Assembly: GCA_027050205.1 (NCBI GenBank)
Contig: JALUCS010000083.1
Span: forward strand, 3,036-67,035
Source of the DNA: a candidate division WOR-3 bacterium
Lineage (GTDB): Bacteria; Hydrothermota; Hydrothermia; LBFQ01
DNA length: 64,000 nt
Direction: 5' to 3'
Shown: in pieces, positions 39,807 through 50,830 of the stretch
Layout: every line of letters starts with the position of its first letter
Numbering within the stretch: the first letter of the stretch is position 1
Program-made: the position numbers and the translations under genes
The notes under the pieces: model-generated
Databases searched by the model: none
Told to the model about the DNA's origin: nothing
What the model saw: only the letters and a program-made list of their open reading frames with translations

Positions 39807-41666
39807 ATGAAAAGAGAAGTCCCCCTTATACCCTTAGAGCTGTTCTTCAAGCATCCGGAATACGTCCAGGTGCGGGTATCACCCGACGGGAGATCCTTGG
39901 CTTACCTGCGGCCGTGGGAGGGGGTGATGAACCTGTGGGTACAAGATCTATCAACGGGTGAGAGCAAACGCATAACGGAGGATCGCGGCAGGGGGGTGAT
40001 GGGGTTCAGGTGGGCCTACAACGGCCAACTCCTCTACGTCCAAGACAGGGACGGGGACGAGAACTGGAGGGTGTATGCCGTAGGTCCGGAGGGGGGTGAG
40101 GCCCGTCTCCTGACTCCGGGTGAGGGCGTTCAGGCCAGATTCGTAAAGCTCCATCCGGACCATCCCCACAGCGTCCTCCTTGCCGTAAACGACAGGGATC
40201 CGGCCCTTCATGACGTCTGCCGCGTTGACCTCAAAACCGGCGAGTGTGTCCGGGTGATGGAAAACGATATAAACGCCACAGCGTTTATCGCGGACGAGAA
40301 CCTGCGGGTGCGTGTGGCCTCGCGTATGACGGACGACGGCGGTGGGGAGCTTCTGCACCTAACGGAGGAAGGCTGGAAAGTCTTCTATAGGTGGGGCTTG
40401 GAAGACTGGCTCGTCTCACCGGCTGAACTGCGTGGAAACACCCTATACCTCTTCAGCAGTCTTGGGAGGGAGACCGCCTCCTTGAGAGCCTACGACCTTA
40501 CGACCGGCGAGGAGAGGATTCTCGCGGAGGACCCGGAGTACGACATGGACCCGTACACCTTCCTCGGACCGGCCCTCCTCTTCCATCCGAGGGCAGAGAG
40601 GCCGGAGGCGGTTGCCGTGTTCAGGGAAAAACTCACGTGGATAGTCCTTGACCCGGACTTGAGGGAAGACTTTGAGCGACTGGCCGAGGTTGAACCGGAC
40701 TGCCAGTTCGGGATCTACAGCCGGGACCTTTCCAACCGCATCTGGGTGGTGGTTTATGAGGGGGATCGTAAGCCCCCGCGATACTACCTATACGACCGTC
40801 ACACGAAGGAGGCCCGCTTCCTCTTCTCCTCCAACCCGGAGATTGAGAGATATCCCCTGGCCGAAGTCAAGCCTGTGCGGATAAGGGCGAGGGACGGCCT
40901 GATACTGCACGGCTACCTCACCCTGCCGCCGGGGATTGAGCCGAAAAGCCTCCCTACCGTCATCCTGCCCCACGGAGGTCCCTGGGCGAGGGATGTCTGG
41001 GGATGGGACCCCGTCGTTCAGTGGCTGGCAAACAGGGGCTACGCCGTCCTCCAGGTCAACTTCAGAGGCTCTACGGGGTACGGTAAAACCTTCCTTAATG
41101 CCGGGAACAGGCAGTGGGGGAGGAAGATGCAGGACGACCTGACGGATTCCGTCCTGTGGCTTATAAGCGAGGGCATCGCCGACCCCAAACGCGTGTGTAT
41201 AATGGGGGGAAGCTATGGAGGCTACGCCACCCTGGCCGGACTCACCTTTACGCCGGAACTCTACGCCTGCGGTGTGGATATAGTTGGCCCCTCCAACCTC
41301 TTCACCCTACTTGAGAGCATACCGCCCTACTGGAAGCCCTTGGTTAGCCTCTTTTACCACCGCATGGGCCATCCGGAGAGGGACGCCGACCTTCTAAGGG
41401 AGGTCTCACCCCTCTTCCACGCCGAGAGGATACGCGCTCCGCTGCTGATAGGTCAGGGGGCGAACGACCCCCGCGTCAAGCGTCGGGAGAGCCTGCAGAT
41501 AGTGGAGGCCCTGAGGAGACTGGGGCGGGAGGTGGAGTACGTTGAGTACCCGGACGAGGGCCACGGTTTCTTTAAGCAGGAGAACCGTCTGGACTTCTAC
41601 CGCAAAGCCGAGAGGTTTCTGGCCAAGCACTTAGGGGGAAGGACGGAGGAGCGTCCCAACCCTTAG
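39807..41666 (+). CDS. S9 family serine peptidase (prolyl oligopeptidase / acylaminoacyl-peptidase-like)
   Basis: N-terminal beta-propeller followed by alpha/beta hydrolase with GGSYGGY (Ser), GQGANDPRV (Asp) and EGHGF (His). Confidence 0.85.
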   Translation: MKREVPLIPLELFFKHPEYVQVRVSPDGRSLAYLRPWEGVMNLWVQDLSTGESKRITEDRGRGVMGFRWAYNGQLLYVQDRDGDENWRVYAVGPEGGEARLLTPGEGVQARFVKLHPDHPHSVLLAVNDRDPALHDVCRVDLKTGECVRVMENDINATAFIADENLRVRVASRMTDDGGGELLHLTEEGWKVFYRWGLEDWLVSPAELRGNTLYLFSSLGRETASLRAYDLTTGEERILAEDPEYDMDPYTFLGPALLFHPRAERPEAVAVFREKLTWIVLDPDLREDFERLAEVEPDCQFGIYSRDLSNRIWVVVYEGDRKPPRYYLYDRHTKEARFLFSSNPEIERYPLAEVKPVRIRARDGLILHGYLTLPPGIEPKSLPTVILPHGGPWARDVWGWDPVVQWLANRGYAVLQVNFRGSTGYGKTFLNAGNRQWGRKMQDDLTDSVLWLISEGIADPKRVCIMGGSYGGYATLAGLTFTPELYACGVDIVGPSNLFTLLESIPPYWKPLVSLFYHRMGHPERDADLLREVSPLFHAERIRAPLLIGQGANDPRVKRRESLQIVEALRRLGREVEYVEYPDEGHGFFKQENRLDFYRKAERFLAKHLGGRTEERPNP

Positions 41667-41732
41667 GGGCCGTAAGTCCTCACCGATAAAGCATTTGGAG
41701 GTGAGTTCCCCTCGGAGGACCAATAAAAAAAG

Positions 41733-41807
41733 CGCCCCCACCGGGATTTGAACCCGGGTTTCGTGGCTGAGAACCACGCGTCCTAGACCTGGCTAGACGA
41801 TGGGGGC
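41733..41807 (-). tRNA. tRNA-Glu (anticodon CUC)
   Basis: The reverse complement reads GCCCCCATCGTCTAGCCAGG...: acceptor GCCCCCA/TGGGGGC, D-stem CTAG, anticodon stem CGTGG/CCACG with loop UUCUCAG giving anticodon CUC, and T-arm CCGGG-TTCAAAT-CCCGG. Confidence 0.85.
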
Positions 41808-41853
41808 GCGTGAGGATGATATTATAAGGGTGAAATGGGGCCACGGGGAGGCC

Positions 41854-42174
41854 TCAATCTATGACCTCCCCGCACTTCTTGCAGTACCTCACCTTGCGGC
41901 CGTCCTCAAGGAAACGGAAGCCAACGCGGGTGGGCTGCCCGCACTTGGGACACACCAACATCAGCTTGGAGATGTATATCGGGGCAGGTACCTCCTCAAC
42001 CTGGCCCTCCTGTTGGCCGTGTCTCTTCCCCCTGTGCCTCTTTACGAGGTTCACCCCCTCAACTATGGCCCTACCCTTACGGGGGAACATCCGCATTACC
42101 CTACCCTGATGCCCCTTCCACTTTCCGGAAAGGACTATGACGATATCCCCGCGCTTTATCTTCTGGGCCATCAC
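41854..42174 (-). CDS. rplX: 50S ribosomal protein L24
   Basis: [25 protein letters not shown]... Confidence 0.9.
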   Translation of the reverse strand: MMAQKIKRGDIVIVLSGKWKGHQGRVMRMFPRKGRAIVEGVNLVKRHRGKRHGQQEGQVEEVPAPIYISKLMLVCPKCGQPTRVGFRFLEDGRKVRYCKKCGEVID

Positions 42175-42557
42175 AGTACCTCCGGTGCGAGGGAGACTAT
42201 CTTAAGGAAGCCCTTGTCGCGCAGCTCACGGGCCACGGGTCCGAAGACGCGGGTCCCCTTAGGCTCACCGGCCTGGTTTATGAGGACGACGGCGTTGTCC
42301 CCGAAGCGGATGTAGGAGCCGTCCCTCCGGCGGATCTCCTTCTTGGTACGGACTATTACGGCCTTGTGGACCTCCCCCTTCTTGGCGGAGGCGTTGGGTA
42401 TGGCCCTCTTTATGGAGACCACCACCACGTCGCCGACGTTGGCGGCCACCCTTCCCCCTCTGCGTCCGCTCCCCTTAAGCACCTTGATTATCAGGGCCTC
42501 CTTCGCCCCAGTGTTGTCGGCCACGACGACGTAGGAAAGTTCAGGCAGATTCCTCAT
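42171..42557 (-). CDS. rplN: 50S ribosomal protein L14
   Basis: [17 protein letters not shown]... Confidence 0.92.
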   Translation of the reverse strand: MRNLPELSYVVVADNTGAKEALIIKVLKGSGRRGGRVAANVGDVVVVSIKRAIPNASAKKGEVHKAVIVRTKKEIRRRDGSYIRFGDNAVVLINQAGEPKGTRVFGPVARELRDKGFLKIVSLAPEVL

Positions 42558-42855
42558 TTTGCAGTACCTCCTTCGCTATCTCCTCAAGGACGGGCGCCTT
42601 GCGGAGTATCTTGACGAGCCTCCACCTCTTGAGCTTGGAGAGAGGCCTCGTCTCCATCACCTCAACCAGGTCCCCTACCTTACTCTCGTTGTTTTCATCG
42701 TGGACGTATATCTTCTTGCGCACCTTTACGTACTTCCTGTACTTGGGGTGCATCTTCATCCTGTAGATGGCCACGACGCGGGTCTTGTTCATCCTGTCGC
42801 TGACGACTATGCCGCGGAGGACCTTCCTCCTCCCCCTGTGTCCCTGATTGCTCAT
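42541..42855 (-). CDS. rpsQ: 30S ribosomal protein S17
   Basis: [39 protein letters not shown]. Confidence 0.9.
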   Translation of the reverse strand: MSNQGHRGRRKVLRGIVVSDRMNKTRVVAIYRMKMHPKYRKYVKVRKKIYVHDENNESKVGDLVEVMETRPLSKLKRWRLVKILRKAPVLEEIAKEVLQNEESA

Positions 42856-43055
42856 AGCTTTACCCCCTTCTCACGGAGTACCGTCAGTACCCTCGCTATC
42901 TCCCTGCGGTAGTACCTTACCAAGTTGCGATCCTCAAGCTGTCCGAGGGCCTTCTTGAAGCGGGCGTCCCGGAGTTGGGCGCGGAGTACCCGGAGCCTCG
43001 CCTGAAGCTCGTCTACGCTCATAGCCCTTAAATCCTTGGCCTTGGTGGGCTTCAT
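42852..43055 (-). CDS. rpmC: 50S ribosomal protein L29
   Basis: KAKDLRAMSVDELQARLRVLRAQL. Confidence 0.88.
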   Translation of the reverse strand: MKPTKAKDLRAMSVDELQARLRVLRAQLRDARFKKALGQLEDRNLVRYYRREIARVLTVLREKGVKL

Positions 43056-43471
43056 CTCCCGACCTCCTTGGTTGAGACTATCTTGGTGCGGACGGGGAGC
43101 TTGGAAGCCGCGGTCTTGAGGGCCTTGATGGCGTCCTCTTCCTTGGCGCCGGCGATCTCAAAGAGGATGGTACCGGGCTTTACGACGGCGTACCAGGCGT
43201 GGACGTCCCCCTTACCGCCTCCCATACGGACCTCTGCGGGCTTCTTGGTGTAGGGCCTGTGGGGGAAGATGCGGATCCAGAGTCGGGCCTTCTTGCCAAC
43301 GGCACGGACTATGGCGACGCGGGCGGCCTCTATCTGCCGGGCGAAGACCCTACCCCTGTCTATGCTCTTTAGGGCGTAGTCGCCGTACTCTATGCGGTTC
43401 CCGGCCGTGGCCACCCCCTTGAGCTTGGCCCTGTGTTGCTTCCTCCACTTCACACGGCGGGGCTGCATCAT
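43052..43471 (-). CDS. rplP: 50S ribosomal protein L16
   Basis: MMQPRRVKWRKQHRAKLKGVA. Confidence 0.92.
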   Translation of the reverse strand: MMQPRRVKWRKQHRAKLKGVATAGNRIEYGDYALKSIDRGRVFARQIEAARVAIVRAVGKKARLWIRIFPHRPYTKKPAEVRMGGGKGDVHAWYAVVKPGTILFEIAGAKEEDAIKALKTAASKLPVRTKIVSTKEVGR

Positions 43472-44142
43472 GGCTTTACCTCCTTCTTACCGCGGAGGAT
43501 GTCCCCCTTGTATATCCAGACCTTCACACCGATGGTTCCCCACTTGGTGAAGGCGGTGTCGTACCCGTAGTCTATGTTGGCTCGGAGGGTCTGGAGGGGT
43601 ACCCTTCCCTTGATGTACCACTCCTTACGGGCTATCTCGGCCCCGCCTATACGTCCCTTCACCTGTACCCTTATCCCCTTGGCGCCCATCCTCATGGCGG
43701 AGTAGACCGCCCTCTTCATCAGGCGGCGGTGATAGACTCGCTGCTCAAGGCGACGGGCTATGTTGTATGCCACGAGCTGGGCGTCAAGTTCGGGGTGGGT
43801 TATCTCCTGATGCTCAACGAATATCCTCTTCTCCGGCCCCCCGAAGGTCTTGTTCAGGGCCTCCCGGAGTCCCTCTATGTTCTTTCCGCCCTTACCGATT
43901 ATCACACCCGGACGGGCGGTGTGTATGGTGACGTGTACGTTCAGGCCCACACGGTTTATGGTTATCCGGGAGATCTGGGGGTCGTTGGGGAGCCTCCTGT
44001 AGTACTCGGTTATGAACTTCCTTATCTGGTAGTCCTCAAGGAGGTTCTGAACGTACTCCTGCTTAGTCTCGGCGTACCAGATTGACTGCCAGGGCCTGAA
44101 GTACCCCGTCCTAAGTCCGATAGGGTTGGCTTTCTGACCCAT
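43468..44142 (-). CDS. rpsC: 30S ribosomal protein S3
   Basis: [25 protein letters not shown]. Confidence 0.92.
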   Translation of the reverse strand: MGQKANPIGLRTGYFRPWQSIWYAETKQEYVQNLLEDYQIRKFITEYYRRLPNDPQISRITINRVGLNVHVTIHTARPGVIIGKGGKNIEGLREALNKTFGGPEKRIFVEHQEITHPELDAQLVAYNIARRLEQRVYHRRLMKRAVYSAMRMGAKGIRVQVKGRIGGAEIARKEWYIKGRVPLQTLRANIDYGYDTAFTKWGTIGVKVWIYKGDILRGKKEVKP

Positions 44143-44570
44143 TACTTACCCTCCTTCTTTACGTCGGGCAGGACCACTACGGTTATGTGGGAGGTCCTGC
44201 GCCTGAATATTCCGTTCCCTCCGAAGCGGGCGGGCTTCACCGCGGGCTTGGGTATCTTCCACATCGGTCCCCTGTCCACCTTCACGATGGCTATGCGGAG
44301 GTAGGGGTAGAGGTCATCTACGCTCTTGTCGGGGGCGAACTTGTCCCTGTAGGAGGCGACGGCCGCCCGGAGGACCTTGCGCATTATGCGGGCGCCTTTC
44401 TTGGGCGTGAACTGGAGGACGTAGTCGGCCTCCTGGACGTTCATCCCCTTTACGAGGTCGGCGATGAGCTTCATCTTCTTGGGGGATATCCTGGCCCTGC
44501 GGAGGGTGGAGTACCCACCTACGGCCTTCCACTCCCTCTTGGTGAGCTGCCCGAAGGGTCTAACCTTCAT
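44142..44570 (-). CDS. rplV: 50S ribosomal protein L22
   Basis: [23 protein letters not shown]... Confidence 0.9.
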   Translation of the reverse strand: MKVRPFGQLTKREWKAVGGYSTLRRARISPKKMKLIADLVKGMNVQEADYVLQFTPKKGARIMRKVLRAAVASYRDKFAPDKSVDDLYPYLRIAIVKVDRGPMWKIPKPAVKPARFGGNGIFRRRTSHITVVVLPDVKKEGK

Positions 44571-44851
44571 TTCCTACCCGCCTTCTTGCCCTCTTTGTCC
44601 TTATGCCCTCCGAACTTGCGGGTGGGGGCGAACTCTCCGAGGCGGTGTCCCACCATTTCCTGGGTGACGTAGACGGGTATGAAGGTCTTGCCGTTGTGGA
44701 CGAGGAAGGTCAGGCCTATGAACTCCGGCAGGATCATAGACGCCCTGGACCACGTCTTTATGGGGGTCTTGTCCCCCTTCTCCAGAGCCTTACGCACCTT
44801 CTTAAGCAGCTTTGGATGTACGTACGGCCCCTTCTTCAGGCTTCTGGCCAT
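44567..44851 (-). CDS. rpsS: 30S ribosomal protein S19
   Basis: [19 protein letters not shown]...[29 protein letters not shown]. Confidence 0.92.
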   Translation of the reverse strand: MARSLKKGPYVHPKLLKKVRKALEKGDKTPIKTWSRASMILPEFIGLTFLVHNGKTFIPVYVTQEMVGHRLGEFAPTRKFGGHKDKEGKKAGRK

Positions 44852-44855
44852 AACT

Positions 44856-45704
44856 TCACTCCTTTGATCCGTATCCTATCCTCCGACGCTTGACGATGAA
44901 GGTGTCGGAGGGCTTCCTCTTTCTGCGCGTCTTAACGCCGCGGGCGATCTTACCCCAGGGCGTCTTCGGTATCTTACCCTTGGTGCGGCCCTCACCGCCT
45001 CCGTGGGGGTGGTCTACGGGGTTCATTGCGACGCCCCTGACGGCGGGACGGCGTCCGAGCCAGCGGTTCCTGCCAGCCTTACCGAGGGTGACGTTCTCGT
45101 GGTCCACGTTGGAGACCTGTCCGACGGTGGCGTAGCAGTTGTGGTGAAACTTCCGGATCTCCTTTGAGGGGAGCTGGACGTATATCCAGTTCTCGTCCTT
45201 GGATAGGATGGTGGCGTAGGTGCCGGCGGCCCTCACCAGCTGGCCGCCCTTACCCGGTATTATCTCAAGGTTGTGGATTGGCGTTCCCTCCGGTATCTTC
45301 TCAAGGGGTAGGGCGTTCCCTATCTTTATGGGGGCGTCCGGTCCGGCTATCACCTCGTCCCCCACCTTCAGGCCCTCCGGGGCCAGTATGTACCGCTTCT
45401 CCCCGTCCCTGTAGGCCACCAACGCTATGAAGGACGTCCGGTTGGGGTCGTACTCTATGGACTTAACTATGCCGGGAACGCCCACCTTGTCGTGGCGCAC
45501 AAAGTCTATTATGCGGTACTTCCTCTTGTTGCCTCCGCCCCTGTGGCGGACGGTTATCTTACCCTGATTGTTCCTCCCGGCCTTCTGCTTCTTGGGTTTC
45601 GTCAGGGACTTCTCCGGCTCCTCCTTGGTTACGTAAGCGGAGTAGTCTATAACGCTCATCCAACGGCGGCCGGGAGTGTAGGGTTTGTACTTCTTAACGG
45701 GCAT
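44856..45704 (-). CDS. rplB: 50S ribosomal protein L2
   Basis: [18 protein letters not shown]...[17 protein letters not shown]. Confidence 0.93.
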   Translation of the reverse strand: MPVKKYKPYTPGRRWMSVIDYSAYVTKEEPEKSLTKPKKQKAGRNNQGKITVRHRGGGNKRKYRIIDFVRHDKVGVPGIVKSIEYDPNRTSFIALVAYRDGEKRYILAPEGLKVGDEVIAGPDAPIKIGNALPLEKIPEGTPIHNLEIIPGKGGQLVRAAGTYATILSKDENWIYVQLPSKEIRKFHHNCYATVGQVSNVDHENVTLGKAGRNRWLGRRPAVRGVAMNPVDHPHGGGEGRTKGKIPKTPWGKIARGVKTRRKRKPSDTFIVKRRRIGYGSKE

Positions 45705-45705
45705 A

Positions 45706-46002
45706 TCACACCCCCAGGTCTATCCTGTGGCCCTCGGCCAAGGTCACGATGGCCTTCTTGTACCTGCTCGTGCGTCCTATGATGCGACGGCGACGGAGGT
45801 CCCTGCGGGGCTTGGGTTTGTAGTTCATCGTGTTGACCTTGACGACCTTGACCCCGAATATCTTCTCAACGGCCTCCTTTATCTGGTGCTTGTTGGCGTC
45901 AGGATGCACTATGAAGGTGTATTTGTTGTACACGTCCCGTAAGTACAGGGCCTTCTCCGTAAGGACCGGTCTTATCAGTACCTCCTCGTAAGAGAGTTTC
46001 AT
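45706..46002 (-). CDS. rplW: 50S ribosomal protein L23
   Basis: Position between rplD and rplB, with the KYTFIV...KVNTMN pattern. Confidence 0.85.
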   Translation of the reverse strand: MKLSYEEVLIRPVLTEKALYLRDVYNKYTFIVHPDANKHQIKEAVEKIFGVKVVKVNTMNYKPKPRRDLRRRRIIGRTSRYKKAIVTLAEGHRIDLGV

Positions 46003-46622
46003 AGCAGCCTCTCCTTCAGTTTATCTATCGCCCCATCCTCCGCGACCACGTAGTCGGCCCAGAGGACGTAGTAGGTGTTCAGCTGATCTGCGTGGAGGAC
46101 ATGGACGTCGGGGATGTTGCGGGCGGAGAGGTAGAAGGTGCGGTTGTAGTCCTTCGGTACGAAGAGGACGTTCTTCCCGACCAGACCCACGCTCTTGAGG
46201 AAGTTGTAGACGGTCTTGGTCTTGGGCTGCTCCAGGCTCATGCTCTCAAGCAGGAGCAGGCGCTCGTTCTGCGCCCTGTCGGCGAGGGCCATACGGAGGG
46301 CGAGCCTCTTGGCCTTCTTGGGCATCTTTATGTAGTACTCCCTGGGTCTGGGGCCGTGGGCCTTCCCTCCTCCCACGAATATGGGGGCGTACCTGTCCCC
46401 GTGCCTGGCCCTACCCATGTGCTTCTGGGGCCATATCTTCCGGCGGGAGCCTTTCACCTCGCCGCGGGTCTTGGCGTGATGGGTCCCCTGTCTCTGGTTA
46501 TACAAGTAGGCCCTGACGGCCTCCCACAGTAGGTGGCCGTTGGGCTTTATTCCGAAGAAGTCTTCGGGGAGGTCCCGCTCGCCCTTCTTCTCTCCGGTTA
46601 TGCTGTAGATAGGGGCCTTCAT
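45999..46622 (-). CDS. rplD: 50S ribosomal protein L4
   Basis: Position and size (207 aa), with GRARHGD and PIFVGGGKAHGPRPR. Confidence 0.88.
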   Translation of the reverse strand: MKAPIYSITGEKKGERDLPEDFFGIKPNGHLLWEAVRAYLYNQRQGTHHAKTRGEVKGSRRKIWPQKHMGRARHGDRYAPIFVGGGKAHGPRPREYYIKMPKKAKRLALRMALADRAQNERLLLLESMSLEQPKTKTVYNFLKSVGLVGKNVLFVPKDYNRTFYLSARNIPDVHVLHADQLNTYYVLWADYVVAEDGAIDKLKERLL

Positions 46623-47287
46623 CGCTTATCACCTCCGTACTTGTAAACGGCCGGCCTGACGAAGACGTAGGCGCCCCTGTGTCCCGGAACACCGCCCTTG
46701 ACGAGGAGGAGGTTGTCGTCGGGGTATATCCGCACGAGCTTGAGGTTGAGGATGGTGACGGTCTCGTTCCCGTAATGACCGGCCATCTTCTTGCCCTTCC
46801 ACACCCTACCGGGGTAGGTGTGCTGACCTATGGACCCCGGCCTCCTGTGGAACTTGGATCCGTGGGCGGCTGGGCCTCCCGAAAAGTCCCACCTCTTCAT
46901 CACCCCCGTGAAGCCCCTACCCTTGGTCTTGCCCTGTACGTCCACCACCTCTATCCCGTCAAAGAGGGCGGCCCCGAGGGAGGAGCCTACGGGGTACCTG
47001 TCCAGCTCGTCCGTTTTGAACTCGTAGAACTTAGTGGGATACCTTTCTTTATCGCCCAGCGCCCCCTTCACGAACCCAAGGACCGGTTTCTTTATCTTGT
47101 GGGGTGGTTTGAACTCGTAGCCCACGATGACGGCGTTGTACCCGTCCTTTTCGGCCGTCCTATGGCCAACGACGACGTTCTCCGGTACCTGGAGGACGGT
47201 GACGGGTACGGGGATGCCGAAAGGCTCATGCTCCGGTTTCACGTACACCTGCGTCATCCCCACCTTCTTGGCTATCAGTTTGAGCAT
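46619..47287 (-). CDS. rplC: 50S ribosomal protein L3
   Basis: LIAKKVGMTQVYVKPE... Confidence 0.9.
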   Translation of the reverse strand: MLKLIAKKVGMTQVYVKPEHEPFGIPVPVTVLQVPENVVVGHRTAEKDGYNAVIVGYEFKPPHKIKKPVLGFVKGALGDKERYPTKFYEFKTDELDRYPVGSSLGAALFDGIEVVDVQGKTKGRGFTGVMKRWDFSGGPAAHGSKFHRRPGSIGQHTYPGRVWKGKKMAGHYGNETVTILNLKLVRIYPDDNLLLVKGGVPGHRGAYVFVRPAVYKYGGDKR

Positions 47288-47291
47288 GGCT

Positions 47292-47606
47292 CTACTCCGT
47301 GATTATCTTTACCTTTATGTCCACGCCCGGAGGTAAGTCTATCTGTGAGATCTTCTCTATGGTCTCCGGGGTGGCGTCCCTTATCTCTATGAGGCGGGCG
47401 TGCCTCTTTAACCAGAAGTGTTCCTGTCCCCTCTTGTCTATGTGTGGGCCTCGTATGACGGCGAAGAGGGACTTCTTGGTCGGAAGGGGGATGGGTCCGG
47501 CCACCTTGGCACCGGTGGCCTTAGCCGTAAAAACGATCTCCCGGGCCGTCCTGTCAAGGACGGCCGGGTCAAAACTCTTGAGCTTCAGGCGGATCTTGTC
47601 CATCAC
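47292..47606 (-). CDS. rpsJ: 30S ribosomal protein S10
   Basis: [39 protein letters not shown]. Confidence 0.9.
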   Translation of the reverse strand: MMDKIRLKLKSFDPAVLDRTAREIVFTAKATGAKVAGPIPLPTKKSLFAVIRGPHIDKRGQEHFWLKRHARLIEIRDATPETIEKISQIDLPPGVDIKVKIITE

Positions 47607-48823
47607 TCAAGGATCTCGGTGATCACCCCGGCGCCCACCGTACGGCCACCCTCACGGATGGCGAACCGCAGTCCCTTCTCTATGGCCACGGGGTATATCA
47701 GCTCAACGTCCATGGTGACGTTGTCGCCGGGCATGGCCATCTCACGGTTGGGGTCGGCGAACTTGATGGTGCCGGTCACGTCGGTGGTACGGAAGTAGAA
47801 CTGGGGCCTGTAGCCGTTGAAGAAGGGCGTGGAACGGCCTCCCTCCTCCTTCTTGAGGATATACACCTCGGCCCTGAACTTCTTGTGGGCCTGTATGGAG
47901 CCGGGTTTGGCGAGGACCATACCCCTCTCCACCTCGTCCTTGCCTATACCACGGAGCAGGGCGCCGATGTTGTCGCCGGGGATGGCCTCGTCAAGGATAC
48001 GACGGAACATCTCTATGGACGTGACGACGGTCTTGAGGGGCCTCTCCCTGAAGCCCACGATCTCAACCTCGTCGCCGGGACGCAGGACGCCACGCTCAAC
48101 CCTACCGGTCACGACCGTACCACGACCGGTGATGGAGAAGACGTCCTCTATGGCCATCAGGAAGGGCTTGTCTATCTCCCTCTTCGGCTCGGGGACGTAC
48201 TCGTCAAGGGCCTCAACGAGCTTGAGGATGGCCCCGGCGCCTATGGGGTCGTCAAAGTCGGAGGGGTTCTGCAGGGCCTTGAGGGCGGAACCCCTTATCA
48301 CGGGTACCTCGTCGCCGGGATAACCGTACTCGTTCAGGAGGTCCCTGACCTCCATCTCCACCAACTCAAGGAGATCGGGGTCGTCCACGAGGTCCACCTT
48401 GTTGATGAAGACGACTATGGCCGGGACACCGACCTGACGGGCCAGAAGGACGTGCTCACGGGTCTGGGGCATCACGGAGTCTACGGCGGAAACCACCAGT
48501 ATGGCCCCGTCCATCTGGGCGGCACCGGTGATCATGTTCTTGATGTAGTCGGCGTGGCCGGGGCAGTCTATGTGCGCGTAGTGATACTTGTCGGACTCGT
48601 ACTCAACGTGGGCCACGTTGATCGTCAGGATCTTGGTCTCGTCCTTACGGGCGATCTTGGCGTCGGCCTTGGCCACCTCGTCGTAGGACTTGAACTCCGC
48701 CTGTCCCTTCTGCGCCAGCACGGCCGTTATGGCGGCCGTCAGCGTCGTCTTACCATGGTCTATGTGACCGATGGTACCCACGTTCTTGTGGGGCTTCGTA
48801 CGCTCAAACTTGGGCTTAGCCAT
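47603..48823 (-). CDS. tuf: elongation factor Tu
   Basis: [33 protein letters not shown]...; length 406 aa. Confidence 0.97.
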   Translation of the reverse strand: MAKPKFERTKPHKNVGTIGHIDHGKTTLTAAITAVLAQKGQAEFKSYDEVAKADAKIARKDETKILTINVAHVEYESDKYHYAHIDCPGHADYIKNMITGAAQMDGAILVVSAVDSVMPQTREHVLLARQVGVPAIVVFINKVDLVDDPDLLELVEMEVRDLLNEYGYPGDEVPVIRGSALKALQNPSDFDDPIGAGAILKLVEALDEYVPEPKREIDKPFLMAIEDVFSITGRGTVVTGRVERGVLRPGDEVEIVGFRERPLKTVVTSIEMFRRILDEAIPGDNIGALLRGIGKDEVERGMVLAKPGSIQAHKKFRAEVYILKKEEGGRSTPFFNGYRPQFYFRTTDVTGTIKFADPNREMAMPGDNVTMDVELIYPVAIEKGLRFAIREGGRTVGAGVITEILE

Positions 48824-49392
48824 CGCTCTTTACCTCCTTTTTTTCTCCCCTTTACTAAAAAAGCGACCTGCAATTATACGGCTGCACAGCAGGCCGCGAC
48901 GCACCCAAACCCCCCTTTGGGTCTGGAGTGTGTATTCTAAGGGAGACTCGGAGCAAATTCGGTGGGTACGACGTAATGAAGGGTGGGAGTAAAAGCCGTT
49001 CCCGGTTTGCCGCTTGTGGCAAGATAACCGATAAGTCGTCCCCGAATCCCTACGGTATGGGGACAAAATCTCGTGGCCTTAATTTCGTTCAATTTTTATG
49101 TTAATCGCGTCATACAAAAGTTAAACAATTAAGTAAAATTACCGAAATATCACACATTGGAGGTATTTCCCATCATATTGATCAACTCGTCATTCCATCC
49201 GAAAATATAGATGGTGAACGAATGAAAGGGAGGGCATAAAATACGATGTCTTGAGATGGTTCGGAGCCTTCGCAGAGCTGGGGCTTGCCCTCTCCTCCCG
49301 CCCCCAAACGTCGGGGAGATATACGGGATTAGGTTGGCCTTCTCCGGCGGGATACGTACGACTACACCCTACTGACCGCTGATAGGCCGCCC

Positions 49393-50436
49393 TTAAGAAA
49401 GGAGCCTCCCCCTAACCGTGTCGGCGAGCTTGAGGAAGGCCCGTCCGCTCGGTGAATCCGGGTAGGCATGGACCACGGGAACGCCCGCATCCCCGCCGCT
49501 GGAGACGTACTCGTCTATGGGTACCCTCACCAGAACGGGTACGCCCGTGATCTTGGAGAGTTTATCGGCCCCACCCTCCCCGAATATGTGGTACCTCCTA
49601 CCGCTGTCCGGACATACGAAGTATGCCATGTTCTCCACTATGCCGAGTACGGGGATCTCCAACTTCTCAAACCCCTTTATGGCCCTTAGGACGTCTGCTA
49701 TGGCTACCGTCTGGGGCGTCGTAACGACGATGGCTCCGTCCACCTCGTACCCTTGGGCCAGGGAAAGGTGGGAATCACCGGTACCCGGAGGCAAATCTAC
49801 GACGAGGACGTCAAGGTCTCCCCAGGCCGTTTGAAGTAGAAGCTCCTCGTAGGCCTTGTGGAGCATGGCCCCCCTCCAGAGTATGGGGGTGTCCTCCTTT
49901 ACGAGGACCCCGAAGGTGAGGACTTGAATGCCGTACTTCTCTATGGGTTTGAAGCGCCTGTCCTCCGTTACGTAGACTCTCTCGCCCTCCAAGCCGAGGA
50001 GGACGGAGACGGAAGGGCCATACACGTCGGCGTCAAATAGGCCGCTCTTCAGCCCAAGTTTTGAGAGGGCGACGGCGAGGTTTACGGCCACCGTGGATTT
50101 ACCCACTCCCCCCTTACCGCTGGCTACGGCGAGGACCTTCTTAACTCCGGGGATCCTCTTCTTCGTCTTCCCTACGGGGCCGACGTTGACCCTAAGTGGA
50201 GGCTTCCCTTCCCTTATCCGGTACCTGACTTCGGGCTTGAATCCCCCCTCTATCAACCTCTTCTCAACGGCCGTCTTGATGGCCTCCGCTTGACCTTTCA
50301 AAGTCGCAGGCAGGAGGAGTACGACCTCCGCCCTGTCCCCTTCAACGGACAGACTTCCCAAGAACCCGGAACTTACGAGGTCCTTCCCACCTACGGTTAC
50401 GGTCTTCAGGATGTCCAAAGCCTTTCTGGTACTCAT
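49393..50436 (-). CDS. apbC: Mrp/ApbC/NBP35-family Fe-S cluster carrier ATPase
   Basis: Deviant Walker A GKGGVGKSTVAVNLAVAL, an N-terminal DUF59-like domain, and a CPDSG motif. Confidence 0.85.
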   Translation of the reverse strand: MSTRKALDILKTVTVGGKDLVSSGFLGSLSVEGDRAEVVLLLPATLKGQAEAIKTAVEKRLIEGGFKPEVRYRIREGKPPLRVNVGPVGKTKKRIPGVKKVLAVASGKGGVGKSTVAVNLAVALSKLGLKSGLFDADVYGPSVSVLLGLEGERVYVTEDRRFKPIEKYGIQVLTFGVLVKEDTPILWRGAMLHKAYEELLLQTAWGDLDVLVVDLPPGTGDSHLSLAQGYEVDGAIVVTTPQTVAIADVLRAIKGFEKLEIPVLGIVENMAYFVCPDSGRRYHIFGEGGADKLSKITGVPVLVRVPIDEYVSSGGDAGVPVVHAYPDSPSGRAFLKLADTVRGRLLS

Positions 50437-50830
50437 AAAGCGGGAATTATACTCCCGGCCGGATGAAGGAGGGTATATCCCCGTCTCGTCCCTAGCTGCG
50501 GCCGACTTCTTGGGCGTTGTAGGTATTTCACCGATAGGATGCCACCCCGTCCATCGCCTGTGAAACTACATCGTACAATCCGAAGAATACCATAATTTCT
50601 AAGGAATATGGTCAAAATTTACCTAATTTTATGATTAATTTTAGTATAATTGGAAAGTTTTGCGGCAAAAATATAGGAATTTACCAACTTTAGACATTCG
50701 TCGTATAGAGTGATACAATCTCCGAAGAGTCGCTGGCATAAAGTACCCCTTACCGATTTCCATCAATTGCACCTCGCATAGGATGGGCAAAATCCGCATA
50801 TAGATGGCAACAACATTGAATCCAATTTCG

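Noticed and set aside
47885-48940. A 351-aa + strand ORF
   Set aside because: Antisense to tuf, with low-complexity composition.
48830-49392. Possible tRNA genes upstream of tuf, as in E. coli thrU-tyrU-glyT-thrT-tufB
   Set aside because: I could find no cloverleaf or T-loop (GTTCRANYC) candidates in this stretch.
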